This document shows positions 23,808 to 33,431 of a DNA stretch of 64,000 bases, in pieces (position 1 is the first letter of the stretch; the number at the start of each line of letters is the position of its first letter). The notes under the pieces were generated by a model. The model was not told the origin of the DNA. It saw only the letters and a program-made list of their open reading frames with translations, and ran no database searches. This DNA is from Candidatus Kerfeldbacteria bacterium (GTDB lineage: Bacteria; Patescibacteriota; Patescibacteriia; SBBC01), in the NCBI GenBank assembly GCA_016207275.1, contig JACQPY010000013.1, forward strand, positions 20,285 through 84,284, in the 5' to 3' direction. The position numbers were made by a program, and so were the translations under genes.

Positions 23808-25073
23808 ATGGATCGCGGCTCGGCCAGGGGACAGCAGCATACGGACCGTCAACTGCTCGACGATGTAGTCAATCAAGCCCTGTTCGGGTCAGCCACCGAA
23901 CGAGCGGCGGCCCGTCGATCGATTCGAACGCAGGCCGCTGACGCCGGCGTTTGGCCAGCCTCGATCTGGTCGCTCTACCGCGCCCGCGCCGCCGGGGTAA
24001 TCGACGGTTTTACCGTGCCGGCGATGAACGTTCGAGGCTTAAGCTACGACTTGATCCGCGCCGTCATCCGGGCAAGCCAGCACCACCAGGTCGGCGCGTT
24101 TATCATTGAAATCGCTCGGTCGGAGATAAGCTACACGGGCCAACGGCCGGATGATGTGGTGGTCGCGGGGCTGGCCGCGGCGCTGCGCGAAAGGTACCGC
24201 GGACCGCTATTCTTCCAGGGCGACCACTACCAAGTGAACGTCGCGGCGGGCATTGATGAAGAGATCCGGAGGATCGAATCGTTAATTGACGAATCATTCC
24301 TGGCCGGTTTTTACAACCTTGACATTGACGCCTCAACCACGGTTGACCTTACCATGGCGGATCCGGCAGAGCAGCAGGCCCGTAACGTCGAGCTTACCGT
24401 CCACCTGACCAAGTACATCCGTCGTTATCAGCCGGTCAAGTGCACCATCGGCGGCGAAATCGGTAAAATCGGCGGCCGAGTCAGCAGGCGCGACGACCTC
24501 CGTGCCTTCATGACTGGCTATCGGCGAACGGTAGCGTTAGAAGAAGGGATCAGCAAGGTGGCAGTCCAAACGGGCACCCGCCACGGCGGCGTGCCTGATC
24601 GCAGCGGACGACCGACGGCCATGACGGTTGACTTTACGGCTCTGGCCGATTTGTCGCGGGTGGCTCGGTCTGAGTTCGGCCTGGCTGGGGTGGTCCAGCA
24701 CGGTGCTTCAACCCTGCCGCTTGAGCTGTTCGGTCGATTTTCGGATGCCGGCACGGCTGAGATTCACCTGTCGACCGAGTTTCAGAACATCATTTTTGAC
24801 CACCCCGCCTTTCCGGCCGAGCTGCGGTCAGCCATTGACAGCTACTGCTTCGAGCAGTTTGGTCAGGAGCGAGTGGTCGGTCAGACCGACGCCCAGTTTC
24901 TGTATACCCAGCGGAAACGAGCTTGGGGGCCGTTTCGACAGCAGCTGGCGAAGCTGCCCGGACCGATTAAACAGGCCCTGGGTCAGGCGCTCGAGGCCTG
25001 GGTGACATCACTGTTTGAGCGGTTGCGCGTGCTCGATACGCGGGCAGTGGTCGACCGCTACGTAACGCGCTAA
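23808..25073 (+). CDS. Class II (metal-dependent) ketose-bisphosphate aldolase family protein
   Basis: GFTVPAMNVRGLSYDLIRAVIRAS...FQGDHY...VQHGASTLP, with metal-binding His residues characteristic of class II FBA/tagatose-bisphosphate aldolases. Confidence 0.7.
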   Translation: MDRGSARGQQHTDRQLLDDVVNQALFGSATERAAARRSIRTQAADAGVWPASIWSLYRARAAGVIDGFTVPAMNVRGLSYDLIRAVIRASQHHQVGAFIIEIARSEISYTGQRPDDVVVAGLAAALRERYRGPLFFQGDHYQVNVAAGIDEEIRRIESLIDESFLAGFYNLDIDASTTVDLTMADPAEQQARNVELTVHLTKYIRRYQPVKCTIGGEIGKIGGRVSRRDDLRAFMTGYRRTVALEEGISKVAVQTGTRHGGVPDRSGRPTAMTVDFTALADLSRVARSEFGLAGVVQHGASTLPLELFGRFSDAGTAEIHLSTEFQNIIFDHPAFPAELRSAIDSYCFEQFGQERVVGQTDAQFLYTQRKRAWGPFRQQLAKLPGPIKQALGQALEAWVTSLFERLRVLDTRAVVDRYVTR

Positions 25074-25082
25074 ACTGCTGGT

Positions 25083-26069
25083 ATGTACGACGTCATTACC
25101 ATCGGCTCGGCTACCCGCGACGTGTTCATGCGCAGTCGGCACATCCGGATCATGAAAGATCCGACGTTTTCCACTGGTGAAGCCGAGTGTTTCGCCCTCG
25201 GTTCGAAAATCGATGTCGACTTCATTCTGTTCGATACCGGCGGCGGAGCGACCAATACCGCCGTTGGCTTCGCCCGGCAAGGGCTGCGCACCGCTTTTGT
25301 CGGTCGGATCGGACAGGCTGATGTTCGAGGCAAAGAAGTACTGCGGGCGATCGGACAGGAGGGTGTTGACACCTCGCTGGTGGTTCACGATCGTCAGGCG
25401 ATGACCGCGTACTCGGTTATTCTCCTGACTGAACGAGGCGAGCGGACCGTGCTCGTGTACCGCGGCGCCTCGGCTAAATTTAGGCCTGACGAGCTGCCGC
25501 GTTCAAAGCTGCGCGCCCGTTGGTTGTACGTCACGGCCCTCGGCGGCAGCGAACCCGTGATCCGCGCAGTATTTCGACAGGCGGCCAAGGTTAAGGCTAA
25601 GGTGGCTTGGAACCCCGGCGCGGCGGAACTGGCCTGGGGTTTCCGCCGACTGCAGCCGTACTTTCGGAAGTGTGCAGTGCTGTCGTTAAACCGGGAGGAG
25701 GCTTCAAGCCTGCTCAAGGTCGACTACGCGCACGACCGGATGGTGTTTGCCAAACTCTGTTTTGCCCTGCCCGGGCTGGTGTTGGTGACCGAAGGAACCA
25801 AGGGCGCGATTGTCTGCGATAACGAACGAAAATACGTCTCCGGCACGCACCAGATCAAGGTGGTGGACACGACTGGTGCCGGCGATGCCTTTGGTTGCGG
25901 GTTTGTCGGCGCCTACATCACGATGAACGGAGATATTCGGCGAGCGCTGCAGTTTGCCACGGCCAATTCCGAATCAGTACTCCGGCACGTCGGGGCCAAA
26001 GACGGCTTGCTGCGCCGGATGCCGCGGCGCGGGTTGGTTCGCGTTCAGGCTACCCGTTTCATGAACTAA
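25083..26069 (+). CDS. PfkB-family carbohydrate kinase (ribokinase-like)
   Basis: DTGGGATNTAVGFARQG...DTTGAGDAFGCGFVGAY (anion hole / GAGD motif). Confidence 0.8.
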   Translation: MYDVITIGSATRDVFMRSRHIRIMKDPTFSTGEAECFALGSKIDVDFILFDTGGGATNTAVGFARQGLRTAFVGRIGQADVRGKEVLRAIGQEGVDTSLVVHDRQAMTAYSVILLTERGERTVLVYRGASAKFRPDELPRSKLRARWLYVTALGGSEPVIRAVFRQAAKVKAKVAWNPGAAELAWGFRRLQPYFRKCAVLSLNREEASSLLKVDYAHDRMVFAKLCFALPGLVLVTEGTKGAIVCDNERKYVSGTHQIKVVDTTGAGDAFGCGFVGAYITMNGDIRRALQFATANSESVLRHVGAKDGLLRRMPRRGLVRVQATRFMN

Positions 26070-26203
26070 GGATTAATGTTGACGGCGAGGTTGACAGTCC
26101 GGCCTGCTGCGCGGTAGGCTAGACCCGTGCGGATCACTGAGTACAGCACGCTGCCCATTATCCGCCCGTTCCTCTTGACGGAGGTGCGGAAGCAGTAGGT
26201 GTG

Positions 26204-26230
26204 CGAAAACAGGGATCCCCCTGTTTTTTC
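26204..26230 (+). terminator. Rho-independent terminator: aaaacaggg-atcc-ccctgtttt stem followed by TTTTTTC
   Basis: 9-bp stem closed by A-U pairs plus a U-tract, about 135 nt downstream of the PfkB stop. An exact TTGACA hexamer follows at 26271-26276. Confidence 0.55.
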
Positions 26231-26315
26231 GGTTGCGGAGGGGTGTTCAATAAAATCCGCTCTACCGTTGTTGACAGTGCATTACGGCCAAGGCAGAACG
26301 CCTGGAGGTGAGGAC

Positions 26316-27488
26316 ATGAACGTTGCGTTGCAGCATCTCCCGACGAGGGAGCAGATCGTTCGGATGCTTGCTGCCGACCGTGAGCATGCATTCCGGCGAG
26401 GCGTCTGGACAGTGATTGAAGCAGCCAACCTCTACATTAAGGAAGCCGTGGTTCACTACGGCGCCGGTCTGTTTGAAGGCATCCGGTACTTTCAGTCTGC
26501 TAGAGGGATCTTCCTCCTCGATGAACACCTCGAGCGGGCTCTCGTCGGTGTCGAGACGCTCAACTTCGAGGTGCCAGACGGGTACGAGGATGTCGGATGG
26601 CGAGGGTTCATCTTCGGGGATTTCCGTGAGGCCACCCTGCTCACGGTTGCCCTCAACCCAGGGATGAACTCCTACGTCCGACCGTGGTTTGGTCGGGGGC
26701 TTCGACGAACTCCGCCTCCTCCCCATACGTTGGGGAGCGGACTCCACGTCCGTGCCTGGCATCCTGACACAAGTCACCGGATGTGGACCGACTACGCGGT
26801 GGTCACCGAGCACTGGCCGGAGTACATTTCTGGCGACAACCTCGTGGCGATCATCTATCGTCAGTTCGAACGGCCGACTAATCGGGTCCTGCCAACGTGG
26901 ATGAAGGGAGTCGCTGGTTATGTCACTGGCCAAATGGCATCGGATGCTGCAGCAAAGGCTGGTGCCAACGAAGCGATGATGGGTCGAACCGAACCTGACG
27001 GCGTGTGGTACAACCTCGATGGGCCTGGTCAGGCGATTGCGATCGTCGAGAACGGCGTTTTTGTCACGCCCGATCCGAGGGTCGCCGAAATCCTCCCCAG
27101 CACCCAGAGTGCCTGGTTCACCAACGTCGTCGCGCCAAGACTCGGGCTCGAAGTTCGATACGGGGATCTCACCACGGAGAGGATTGCGGGAGCTTCAGAG
27201 CTCCTCTACATCGGCAGCGCTACCGGCATCAAGGCTTTCGGAGAGCTCTGGGACGGCGATCCCAAGCTCGGAGGTAGGCGGCACGTCATCGGCGACGGGA
27301 GACCTGGTCCGATCTTCCAGGAGCTTTACGCCCAGTATCAACTCGCGGCCCGTGGCGGGCAGTACCAGAAAGACATCACTGCCGTTCCTGACCGATCGTA
27401 CGCGGTCGAACGCGCGGCCTCGCTGACGCTGAGGTCGCTGGGGCAGAACACTGACCTGCTGTGTTACCTACCAACAAGTCTGAGGTAG
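26316..27488 (+). CDS. Class IV (fold type IV) PLP aminotransferase, branched-chain/D-amino-acid type, unusually long (about 390 aa)
   Basis: EAANLYIKEAVVHYGAGLFEGIRYF...GIFLLDEHLERA. RBS GGAGGTGAGG before the ATG at 26316. An inserted segment of roughly 100 aa separates the two conserved halves. Confidence 0.65.
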   Translation: MNVALQHLPTREQIVRMLAADREHAFRRGVWTVIEAANLYIKEAVVHYGAGLFEGIRYFQSARGIFLLDEHLERALVGVETLNFEVPDGYEDVGWRGFIFGDFREATLLTVALNPGMNSYVRPWFGRGLRRTPPPPHTLGSGLHVRAWHPDTSHRMWTDYAVVTEHWPEYISGDNLVAIIYRQFERPTNRVLPTWMKGVAGYVTGQMASDAAAKAGANEAMMGRTEPDGVWYNLDGPGQAIAIVENGVFVTPDPRVAEILPSTQSAWFTNVVAPRLGLEVRYGDLTTERIAGASELLYIGSATGIKAFGELWDGDPKLGGRRHVIGDGRPGPIFQELYAQYQLAARGGQYQKDITAVPDRSYAVERAASLTLRSLGQNTDLLCYLPTSLR

Positions 27489-27606
27489 AGAACACCGCGA
27501 TCGTGAGAGCGAAGCGGAGCGGAGCGGGGGAGGGGAGGTGCCTTGAAGCATGTCCCCTCCTTTCAATTTTCCCTCCCTTGTGCTATACTACTTTCTGTCA
27601 CGTTGC

Positions 27607-28596
27607 ATGGTAAAACAAATAACAGCTGCGATCCTGCTCGCCGCACTCATCAGCGGCGCTTTTGTCTATCCGGTTGAAGCAGCCGCCAAGAAAGCCCCCC
27701 GTCGGCTCGATGGGGTCTTAGTGCCGCCCGGGCAGACTAACCAGTGGCCAGTGGCGGTCATGATCGATAACCATGCGGCTTCTCGACCACCAGCCGGCTT
27801 GGACAAGGCCTCGGTCGTGTACGAAGCCCTGGCCGAAGGCGGCATTCCTCGGTTCATGGCTGTCTTTGCCCAGCCAAAAATTTCGCTGATTGGTCCGGTT
27901 CGTTCCGCCCGGCCGTATTTTGTCCGTTACGCCGCCGAGTACCGGGCTGGGTTGGCTCACGCCGGCGGCAGCTTCGATGCGCTGAACCTGCTTCGGAGCT
28001 TGCGGATGCCGAACTTCGAAGGGATTAAAGGCAAAACTGCGCAGTACTTCTATCGTCGCGGCGGCAACTGCGTCTACTGCCTATTTACCGACAGCAAACA
28101 GATGACCCGGGCGCTCAAGGCAGCCAAAGTCTACCGTAAAAAGCCGACCTACCAGCCGTGGAAGTTCAAAGCTGATCCACCGCTCGCCGAGCGGCGGACC
28201 GGGAAGCACGGCGCGACCGTTGATTTTGGCGCCGGGGCGGCCTACGCCATTCGTTACCAGTACGATCGAAAAAAGAATGTCTACCAGCGTTTTACCGGCG
28301 GTCGTCCACACCTCGATCGACTCACTCGCCAGCAGCTGACCGCTAAAAACGTGGTCCTCCTGTTGGTGCCGAAAGAGCGAGTGCTGGATCGCAAAGGCCG
28401 AATTTCGCTGAACACCATCGGTAAGGGCAAAGCCGTTTTACTCAAAGACGGTTACTCGCGTACGATTCGCTGGCAGAAACGCACGACCTACGGTCGGACC
28501 ATGTTTACCAGTCTTGACGGGGATGAAATTGAGTTCAACCGCGGCTCGGTCTGGATTACGGTCGTGCCGCGCGGGCATCACTACCGACTGTTTTAG
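27607..28596 (+). CDS. DUF3048-family secreted protein or lipoprotein (YerB-like)
   Basis: Signal peptide MVKQITAAILLAALISGAFVYPVEA; AVMIDNHAASRPPAGLDKASVVYEALAEGGIPRFMAVF matches the DUF3048 core. Confidence 0.6.
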   Translation: MVKQITAAILLAALISGAFVYPVEAAAKKAPRRLDGVLVPPGQTNQWPVAVMIDNHAASRPPAGLDKASVVYEALAEGGIPRFMAVFAQPKISLIGPVRSARPYFVRYAAEYRAGLAHAGGSFDALNLLRSLRMPNFEGIKGKTAQYFYRRGGNCVYCLFTDSKQMTRALKAAKVYRKKPTYQPWKFKADPPLAERRTGKHGATVDFGAGAAYAIRYQYDRKKNVYQRFTGGRPHLDRLTRQQLTAKNVVLLLVPKERVLDRKGRISLNTIGKGKAVLLKDGYSRTIRWQKRTTYGRTMFTSLDGDEIEFNRGSVWITVVPRGHHYRLF

Positions 28597-28631
28597 CGAC
28601 GGCGTTGACTTTTTAGTCAAGCTGGGGTAGC

Positions 28632-30194
28632 GTGTCAGCACCCATGGGTTTTTTGGCGAGACCGTCGTTCAAAGCTTTTCGGCTGTCGGAACATACGCAG
28701 TATCGAATCCTGGAAATTATTCCAGGGTTTTTAGTCTGGGGCGCTTTTGGCGTCGCGGTTATCATGTCGCTGCTGCGGCCGCTGTGGGTAATCGGCTTCA
28801 TCATTCTCTTCGACCTGTACTGGTTCGTCCGCGCAATCTATACCTTGGTCTACCTCCTGGTCGCGTACCAACGCTACCGTCAGGCGGCGGTGATCAACTG
28901 GCGCCAACGGTTGGCCGCGCGGCCGGGTTGGCAATCAATCTACCACGTAGTAGTTCTGCCAACGTACCGCGAACCAGTGGCCGTGGTCGAGCAAGCCTTT
29001 GCCGGTTTGGCTTGCTCGGACTACCCGCTCGAGCGGTTGCTGGTTATTTTGGCGTTGGAAGAGCGGGATGGTCAAGTTGCGCAAGCGGTGGCCACGCGCA
29101 TCCAGCAGCGTTACGGCCAGACATTTGGTGAGCTGCTGGTCACCTTCCACCCTGCTAACCGACCCGGTGAAGTGGCGGGTAAAGGAGCCAACATTACCTG
29201 GGCCGGGCGCGCGGCCAAGGAACGAATTGACGCGCGCGGCATTCCCGAAGAGCAGGTCCTGGTTACCACGCTCGATGTCGACTCGGTGGTCCACCCGCAG
29301 TACTTTGCCTACCTGACTGACGTCTTCCTGGCCCACCCCCACCGGCTGCGGACCAGCTACCAGCCGTTGCCGTTCTACCACAACAACATCTGGCAGTCGC
29401 CGGCCCTGACCCGGATCGTGGCCACCTCGACCACTTTTTGGCTGATGACCGAAACCATTAGACCGGACCGGCTATTTACTTTTTCCTCGCACAGCATGCC
29501 GTTGCGGGCGCTCGTTGATGTTGGTTTTTGGCAAACTGACATCGTCACCGAAGACTCTCGAATTTTTCTCCAGTGTTTCGTCCAATACGATGGTGATTAC
29601 ACGGTCACCCCATTGTACCTACCGATTTCAATGGATACGGTGGCCGTGCCGTCGCTGTGGCGAACGGTACTTAACCAGTACCAGCAGCAGCGGCGGTGGG
29701 CCTACGGCGTGGAAAATTTTCCGTACATGGTGTGGAATTTTTCGGTCAACCGGCACATCCCAGGGGCGAAAAAAATCAAGTATATCTGGAACCAGCTTGA
29801 GGGAGTGTTCAGCTGGGCGACCGCACCGATTCTCATTTTTGTCCTCGGTTGGTTGCCCATCAAAGTTGCGGAAGCGCAGCAGCGTACCGAGCTGATCGTG
29901 CAAAGCGCGCCCGATCTGCTTCAGACTTTGATGGTGTTGGCGATGATCGGCTTGGTGACCGCCGCCGTCATGTCCGTGTTAATGTTACCGCCCCCGCCGC
30001 CCGGTAAAAGCAAGTGGCAGCTGGTGCCGATGGTCTTGCAATGGCTGCTGCTACCGGTGACCATGATCATTTTCGGCTCGATTCCGGCCACTGATGCGCA
30101 GACGCGACTGATGCTCGGCAAGTATCTGGGTTTTTGGGTGACGGAGAAGAGTCGAACCTACGAACCGAGGATGGCACCGACGAAATCACGGTGA
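28632..30194 (+). CDS. Membrane-embedded family-2 glycosyltransferase (cellulose-synthase-like processive GT)
   Basis: DxD-type motifs (TLDVDS), QxxRW motif (QQQRRWAYG), and multiple TM helices at both ends. Confidence 0.75.
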   Translation: MSAPMGFLARPSFKAFRLSEHTQYRILEIIPGFLVWGAFGVAVIMSLLRPLWVIGFIILFDLYWFVRAIYTLVYLLVAYQRYRQAAVINWRQRLAARPGWQSIYHVVVLPTYREPVAVVEQAFAGLACSDYPLERLLVILALEERDGQVAQAVATRIQQRYGQTFGELLVTFHPANRPGEVAGKGANITWAGRAAKERIDARGIPEEQVLVTTLDVDSVVHPQYFAYLTDVFLAHPHRLRTSYQPLPFYHNNIWQSPALTRIVATSTTFWLMTETIRPDRLFTFSSHSMPLRALVDVGFWQTDIVTEDSRIFLQCFVQYDGDYTVTPLYLPISMDTVAVPSLWRTVLNQYQQQRRWAYGVENFPYMVWNFSVNRHIPGAKKIKYIWNQLEGVFSWATAPILIFVLGWLPIKVAEAQQRTELIVQSAPDLLQTLMVLAMIGLVTAAVMSVLMLPPPPPGKSKWQLVPMVLQWLLLPVTMIIFGSIPATDAQTRLMLGKYLGFWVTEKSRTYEPRMAPTKSR

Positions 30195-31093
30195 CCATGG
30201 GCGAAGGCGACTGCAGCAGTCGGTTTCTGACCGGCCAACTGCAGCGATTTCAGCCGCAGTTGACCAGCGCCACAGACAACGGTCGGTGTTTCGTCGTCGA
30301 TGATGACCGTGCCGGGCGGGTTGGCCGCCGACTCAGCGCGAGCTTCAGCGTCAAGGATTTTTAACCGCCGACCGTTGAAGCTGGTGTGGGTACCGGGCCA
30401 AGGGTCGAAGGCCCGAATTTTGCGTTCCAGCATGTCCGCCGGTTCTTTCCAGGTAAGCGGCGCTTCAGTCTTTTTGAGGAGCTTACAGAACGTCGCCAGG
30501 GCATGGTTTTGCGGTTGCGGTTGGAGCCAGCCGTGGCAGTAGGGGAGCAGTGCTTGACGGAGCACATTCGCCCCTAGATTCGCTAGTCGGCGCTCGAGGG
30601 CTGGTCGATGTTCGTGTGGCCCGATGTTGATCGTTTGCTGGGCGATGATTGGTCCATGGTCCATTTCCTCGTCGAGCACGATCAGCGTTACGCCTGTCAC
30701 CGGGTCGCCGGCCAAGAGTGTTGCGGCCACCGGCGATGGTCCGCGGTGCCGCGGTAGGAGGGAAGGATGGACGTTGACAAAACCTTTTGGCGGAACGGCC
30801 AAGACGGCGAGCGGTAAAATTTTACCGTAGGCGGCTAAAACGGCCAGATCGGGTTTGCCAGCATTGAACTGATAAATAAATTCGTGATCGAGTTTGGCTG
30901 GGACGAGGACTGGTACGCCGAGCTCCCGAGCACGTCGGTTAACCGGAGACGGCTGCCGGTTTTGTCCGCGACCAGCCGGCTGGTCAGGTTGTGTGACCAC
31001 GGCCGCTATCTCGGCGACGCCTCCGAGCGCCTCGAGGATGGGTACGGCAAACGACGGAGTGCCGAAAAAAACCGCGCGCGGGCGTCGGTTCAT
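30158..31093 (-). CDS. fmt: Methionyl-tRNA formyltransferase
   Basis: AVFFGTPSFAVP...GFVNVHPSLLPRHRGPSP (formyltransferase SLLP motif); sits in an operon with def. Confidence 0.85.
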   Translation of the reverse strand: MNRRPRAVFFGTPSFAVPILEALGGVAEIAAVVTQPDQPAGRGQNRQPSPVNRRARELGVPVLVPAKLDHEFIYQFNAGKPDLAVLAAYGKILPLAVLAVPPKGFVNVHPSLLPRHRGPSPVAATLLAGDPVTGVTLIVLDEEMDHGPIIAQQTINIGPHEHRPALERRLANLGANVLRQALLPYCHGWLQPQPQNHALATFCKLLKKTEAPLTWKEPADMLERKIRAFDPWPGTHTSFNGRRLKILDAEARAESAANPPGTVIIDDETPTVVCGAGQLRLKSLQLAGQKPTAAVAFAHGHRDFVGAILGS

Positions 31094-31563
31094 GGAAGCT
31101 GTCCCTGCGTGATCTGCTGAACCTTGTCGATGAAGAGTACGCCGTTGAGGTGGTCAATTTCGTGCTGCATGACGCGGGCCAGCAGTCCGGTCGCCGCGGT
31201 CGACTGCGGACGTCCTTGTTCATCGTCGTAGGTTACGGTGACGCGGGCGGGGCGGCGGACCGTGCCGAAGACGTCGGGGATTGATAGGCAGCCCTCCTCG
31301 GCCAGCTCAGTTTGCCGCGAACTTTTTTGGAGCCGGGGGTTGATGATGGCGTAGGGGCCGGCCTGGCCGTTGATAATCGCGACTTGGAGACTGACGTTGA
31401 TTTGCGGTGCGGCTAGACCGATGCCCTGCGCCGCGATCATCGTCTCGACCATATCGTGGAGCAAGTTCTGGAACGTTGGGGAGGCGACGGTGGTGAGGTC
31501 GACTGGCTGGGCGACCTGTCGCAAGATCGGGGCGCCGAGGGTGGTAATGGTTCGTACTGCCAT
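31090..31563 (-). CDS. def: Peptide deformylase
   Basis: GIGLAAPQ, EGCLSIP, HEIDHLNG: the three PDF motifs. Start set at MAVRTI. Confidence 0.85.
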   Translation of the reverse strand: MAVRTITTLGAPILRQVAQPVDLTTVASPTFQNLLHDMVETMIAAQGIGLAAPQINVSLQVAIINGQAGPYAIINPRLQKSSRQTELAEEGCLSIPDVFGTVRRPARVTVTYDDEQGRPQSTAATGLLARVMQHEIDHLNGVLFIDKVQQITQGQLP

Positions 31564-31601
31564 CGGGCCGAGTGTAGCAGAGCGAGCGACGGTCAGCAAG
31601 C

Positions 31602-33425
31602 TTACCGCAGTTCAACGGGGTCGGCGGTAATCGTCCACGAATCATCGAGGTTAGCGAGGAGGGTATGGAGTAATGTCGGAATCGTGCGTCGGGTGCGAAC
31701 GATGACGGTGGTGCCTGCGCGGTCGACTCGCGAGCGACCGGGCGAAGGTTGGGGATCAGAACACCAGACGTCGGGACGAATTCGTCGCACGTGTTGAACG
31801 ACGGCCGCCGGTGAGCGTCCGCCCGGCCGATGTACGGCGCGTTGTCGGAGGACGATAAGCTTCCAGGCCGGAGGGTAGCCGAATCGTTCACGCGTGGCCA
31901 GCGCCGTCTGGTGCCACCGCGGGTCGAGCGGCTGTTCGACCATACGCCGGTAGGTCGGTGAGGCCTGAACCGTTAGATCAGTTGGTCGCTGACAGCGACT
32001 GCTCAAGGTCATGAGCAGGCGTCGAGCCTGTTCATCAGCGTCAATGCGCGGTATAGCCAGTAGGCTGTCGAACCTGGTAATCACCACCCCCGTGTAGTTA
32101 AGTTCGAGTTGGCGGGCATGCGCCGGAGTGGTCACGCCGATCGTGCCGGCAGGGAACGTTACGACGCCTGGTTTGAGTTCGCGAGCGGGGAGTCGGGCTT
32201 GACGCAACTCACGTAGCACCTGGCCAAGGCCGCGACCTCGACCGCGGAACTCAACGCTCCCGCACCGCGGGCAGCGGGCCGGAATCGGTTGGTAAATACT
32301 GCAGTGGGTACAGGCCAGCCGGGTTAGGACCTGGCGGAAGGGGACGTGACAGGTTGGACAGGTTGGCACTAAGCCGCACTCGCGGCATTCAAGCGAGCCG
32401 AACGCTACCCGCCGGTGGTGGACCACCAACGCTCGTCCCAGCCGCTGGCGGATGGCGGATTTTAGCTGCGTCATGGCCGGCTCGGTCAGCACGGCGAAGT
32501 CACCGGCGGCCCGCTGTTGTTCCAGGTTGACGAAGACGGCGTGGTCGCCGGCCGCGGCGTCGAGGGTTCGACCTCGACTGACGTAATTTTGGCTGACCAG
32601 TGAGGGCAAACGGCTGGTTAAAATCACTTTGGCTCGGCAGCCCCGGGCGAGCATCACGGCCACCCGCCGACTATCGTAGTGGGGGCTAGGTTCTGACTGA
32701 ACGTGTTCGTCTGCATCTTCGTCGTCGATGACGATGAGTCCGAGGTTGAGGGCCGGGGCGAGCACGGCTGACCGCGTACCGACCACGACCGCGGGAACGT
32801 GTTGTCGGGTCGCCAAAAAGTTTTGGCGGTACTGTCGGGCGGTCAGTTGATGGTGGATAGTGATGGCGCGCGGGAAAAGGCCTGCCAGTCGTCCCACCCG
32901 CTGCACCGTCGGGGCAATAATCAGGCTTGATTGCCCGGCCGCAGTCACGCGGCTGATCAGCTCCTGATACAAGTTGTACTTTGTTTGGTCGCGACGATAG
33001 GTGACGATGACGGCCTCGTCGTCGCTCCCGCTGGCCTGGTTGAGGAACGGCCGAATAGCTTGATCGGTGACGGCGACCGGCGGCGCTGGGGGTATTTCCG
33101 GCATGGTTCGGGTAAAGGTAGGGAGTATACTCCGGAGTGTGGTGGCGATGGACGTAAAATTTTCCCGAGCCAGTTGTTCGGTGATCTGCAGGAACGGATC
33201 AGGCAGGTAGGGGGTGGTACTGATGACCCGCTCAATCGATCGGAGTCGATCGGTCGGAATGTTCGTTTGGTCAGACGTGCCCAAGACCACGCCCGGTGTG
33301 AGACGGGCGCGGAAGCGAACGGCGACCAAGCTGCCGCGGGTCACCCGTTGGTCTGGTTGGAGACGGTAGTCGAACCAGCCGAGGCTCCGTGGCAAGCGGA
33401 TCAGCGGGGCGACGCGAGCAATCAT
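31602..33425 (-). CDS. priA: Primosomal protein N' (PriA) homolog with a degenerate Walker A motif
   Basis: N-terminal 3'-DNA-binding-like domain; Cys-rich zinc-binding region CRECG...CPTCH...CTHCS...CPRCG. Motif II appears as IVIDDEDADEH, and no GxGKT/S P-loop is present (the aligned region reads VIVTYRRDQTKYNLY). Confidence 0.7.
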   Translation of the reverse strand: MIARVAPLIRLPRSLGWFDYRLQPDQRVTRGSLVAVRFRARLTPGVVLGTSDQTNIPTDRLRSIERVISTTPYLPDPFLQITEQLARENFTSIATTLRSILPTFTRTMPEIPPAPPVAVTDQAIRPFLNQASGSDDEAVIVTYRRDQTKYNLYQELISRVTAAGQSSLIIAPTVQRVGRLAGLFPRAITIHHQLTARQYRQNFLATRQHVPAVVVGTRSAVLAPALNLGLIVIDDEDADEHVQSEPSPHYDSRRVAVMLARGCRAKVILTSRLPSLVSQNYVSRGRTLDAAAGDHAVFVNLEQQRAAGDFAVLTEPAMTQLKSAIRQRLGRALVVHHRRVAFGSLECRECGLVPTCPTCHVPFRQVLTRLACTHCSIYQPIPARCPRCGSVEFRGRGRGLGQVLRELRQARLPARELKPGVVTFPAGTIGVTTPAHARQLELNYTGVVITRFDSLLAIPRIDADEQARRLLMTLSSRCQRPTDLTVQASPTYRRMVEQPLDPRWHQTALATRERFGYPPAWKLIVLRQRAVHRPGGRSPAAVVQHVRRIRPDVWCSDPQPSPGRSRVDRAGTTVIVRTRRTIPTLLHTLLANLDDSWTITADPVELR

Positions 33426-33431
33426 CGTGGT

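Noticed and set aside
26271-26300. Promoter call from the exact TTGACA hexamer upstream of the class IV aminotransferase
   Set aside because: No convincing -10 hexamer lies at a 16-18 bp spacing (cagaac / cattac only). It is mentioned but not annotated as a promoter.
30158-30194. 37-bp convergent overlap of the GT2 gene 3' end with the fmt 3' end, and 38-bp overlap of the P-type ATPase 5' end with the ftsQ 3' end
   Set aside because: The first is probably real; convergent tail overlaps are common in compact genomes. The second is resolved by using the internal Met-14 start of the ATPase. Neither needs a special explanation.
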